From: Nitrospirota bacterium
GTDB lineage: Bacteria > Nitrospirota > UBA9217
Length of the DNA stretch: 64,000 nucleotides
NCBI GenBank assembly: GCA_963845065.1
Contig: CAWJQQ010000001.1
Coordinates: 672,001 to 736,000, forward strand
Direction of reading: 5' to 3'
The notes beneath the pieces are model-generated. The model made no database searches. It saw only the letters and a list, made by a program, of their open reading frames with translations, and was not told where the DNA came from. Both the position numbers and the translations under genes were made by a program. Positions 62,171 through 64,000 of the stretch are shown in pieces; the first letter of the stretch is position 1; each line of letters starts with the position of its first letter.

Positions 62171-64000
62171 TCAGCGGTAAGAGTGTATCAATTCAAGCCT
62201 GGCACTATCGAGAAAGAGTATGTATCCGTCCACTGATGTGAGTCTGAACAGTTCTTTTATAGCCTCGCAGTAAATCTGGATCTGCGGCCGGTAATGGTCG
62301 ATCCAGCTCTTGAGGGCCTCATCATTTTCGATGAAAATTGCCTTGTAATCGATGATATACCCCTTTCTGTCCTTGATTACCACTCGATCAATGATCCCGC
62401 TCACGAGCGAATTCCCTTTTTTGTACAGGAAAGGAAGCTCAGAGTACATGGAAACCTCCCGCTTAAATATCCATGCGAGTTCTCTGTTTGTAAGAATAGT
62501 ACCTACTACTGACTTGGACTCATCGATGAACCGCCGTAGATTTACTGTTTCGAGGGATATGATGTCAGGATACTTGGCGATGATTTGATCGATCTGATAT
62601 GAGCCATATTTCGCATAATCCTCCAGGCAGCGGTGAAGCACGCTTCCTCGAGTGAGGGGAGAAACAGCGCCAGCAGTGGTCTCGACCGATACCAGCTCAG
62701 CTGCTGTTTCTGTTTTATGTTCGATAAAATCTGTAGCCTTTTTCCATTCCAGCGATTGCGAAGGTGGAATCGGGGAAAGATTGTCTATGACCTTTTGAGT
62801 ATCTATGTGAGGCGATGTGGATTGACGCGAATTACAGTTCTGTGGAGTGTCAATAATCAAGTCCTCAGCCTGCAACGAGGTTCCGACTGGATATTCATAG
62901 GTAGTGATGCCCGGTCTTAATTTGATTTCCGAATCGAACAGCTGCTTCGGAGATGCAATATGAAGATAGTCCAACCAGGTAGATTGCTTGAGCGGTTTTT
63001 TGTCATCTTTCCTCACGCCTATCATGACCAAATGATCGCGAGCACGTGTCATGGCTACGTACAGAAGCCTTTGATGCTCTCGCCTGAGTTCCTCCATTTC
63101 CTGCTTCCATAATTCTTCGTAGAGCGGGTTCGCCGCGTCCTTAACAGCCATGCGTGCTTCATGGCCTGTTTCAACAATAATTACGTCCGGCCCGCGGGTA
63201 ACGGACCGCTGTGTCTGATTCATGCCTGGAAGGAACACGATAGGATATTCAAGTCCCTTTGACTTATGCACGGTCATGATGCTAACCGTGCCCTGGAAGC
63301 CGGGCAGGTTCATATCTGCAGTAGCTTCACGTTGTTCAGCCTCGCGAATGTTCTTGACCCATTCGACGAAGTCCTGGAGCGTGGTATAGCCCCTGCGGTC
63401 GAATTCCCGAGCAGTGTCGAGGAGTTTATCGATATTGAAAATTGCCTGGGGATTGCGTCTACCGAAACGGACGTATGCACCAGTATCCTCGACTATTTTA
63501 TGGACAAGATTCGAAAGAGACGCAAGCCCGGCGATGCTCATCCAATTCTGCAGGAGTTCCCCGGTGGCTGGCCGGCTTTTTTTAAGTGCGTTGATCAAAT
63601 TCCCGTCTTTCTGTATTAGATCGAAGAGGTCTTTTTCTGAGAAGCCGAAGAGAGGGGATTTGAGTGCAGCTGCAAGCGAGAGCATGTCGGCTCGGTTCCA
63701 CAGAAAAAAAAGAATGTTGATCAGTGCCTGAATTTCGTCCTCATCATAGAACCCGATGCCGCCGACAACGCGGAAGGGGATGTCTGCGGACTCCAAGGCT
63801 GCTTCATATTCCTTGAGCTTTGTACGCGATTGGATCAGTACCGCGCAGTCGCCGTAGCAGGCAGGGCGTACATGCCAGCTACTGTCCTTGATGACAGTTC
63901 TCCCGTGCTGAGGGGAACCCGGCATTTGTTCGAAAATCGTCGTTCTCGCTTCGGTGACCCTCTTGATTTCTCGTGAAAGTATTTCTGCTTCGTTCAGGCC
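62171..64000 (-). CDS. AddA/UvrD-family helicase-nuclease (3' part; 5' end outside the window)
   Basis: MTVHKSKGLE, RLLYVAMTRARD, G.IDR....IIDYK RecB-type nuclease. Confidence 0.9.
   Translation of the reverse strand, partial: GLNEAEILSREIKRVTEARTTIFEQMPGSPQHGRTVIKDSSWHVRPACYGDCAVLIQSRTKLKEYEAALESADIPFRVVGGIGFYDEDEIQALINILFFLWNRADMLSLAAALKSPLFGFSEKDLFDLIQKDGNLINALKKSRPATGELLQNWMSIAGLASLSNLVHKIVEDTGAYVRFGRRNPQAIFNIDKLLDTAREFDRRGYTTLQDFVEWVKNIREAEQREATADMNLPGFQGTVSIMTVHKSKGLEYPIVFLPGMNQTQRSVTRGPDVIIVETGHEARMAVKDAANPLYEELWKQEMEELRREHQRLLYVAMTRARDHLVMIGVRKDDKKPLKQSTWLDYLHIASPKQLFDSEIKLRPGITTYEYPVGTSLQAEDLIIDTPQNCNSRQSTSPHIDTQKVIDNLSPIPPSQSLEWKKATDFIEHKTETAAELVSVETTAGAVSPLTRGSVLHRCLEDYAKYGSYQIDQIIAKYPDIISLETVNLRRFIDESKSVVGTILTNRELAWIFKREVSMYSELPFLYKKGNSLVSGIIDRVVIKDRKGYIIDYKAIFIENDEALKSWIDHYRPQIQIYCEAIKELFRLTSVDGYILFLDSARLELIHSYR

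Noticed and set aside
1..64000. CRISPR array, cas genes, tRNA or rRNA
   Set aside because: No regularly spaced repeats or recognisable tRNA/rRNA seen by eye

Overview
Bacterial chromosomal window, probably from an anaerobic Nitrospirota/Desulfobacterota-like organism (inferred from gene content only). The first ~42 kb is an accessory region with many decayed genes and mobile elements: an IS110/IS1111 element with a frameshifted transposase and a long structured 3' non-coding region, an IS1182-like element with TIRs and a TSD, an IS481-like element, and IS200/IS605 (tnpB) remnants. It also holds signalling genes, two divergent Ig-repeat lipoprotein genes sharing a 768-bp inverted repeat (one preceded by a GEMM-I riboswitch carrying the G20A change), and the most striking locus, a ferrosome (fez)-like cluster at ~15.1-24.2 kb. 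That cluster encodes a GxxxG membrane protein, Cys-less HMA-like proteins, a 22-residue amphipathic repeat protein, a P2A-type (not P1B-6) ATPase with a fez-type N-terminal domain, a MetK paralogue lacking methionine-binding residues and an MntP/YtaF-family protein, bracketed by two IS1-InsA-like double zinc-ribbon genes. The last ~22 kb is mostly core: nuclease-DinG helicase, surE-pcm, NifU-like protein, rnfCDGEAB, gcvH, lpdA, a beta-barrel protein, a second disulfide reductase, a PAS-GGDEF protein and the 3' part of an AddA-like helicase/nuclease. All family calls come from motif recognition by eye; no searches were run.
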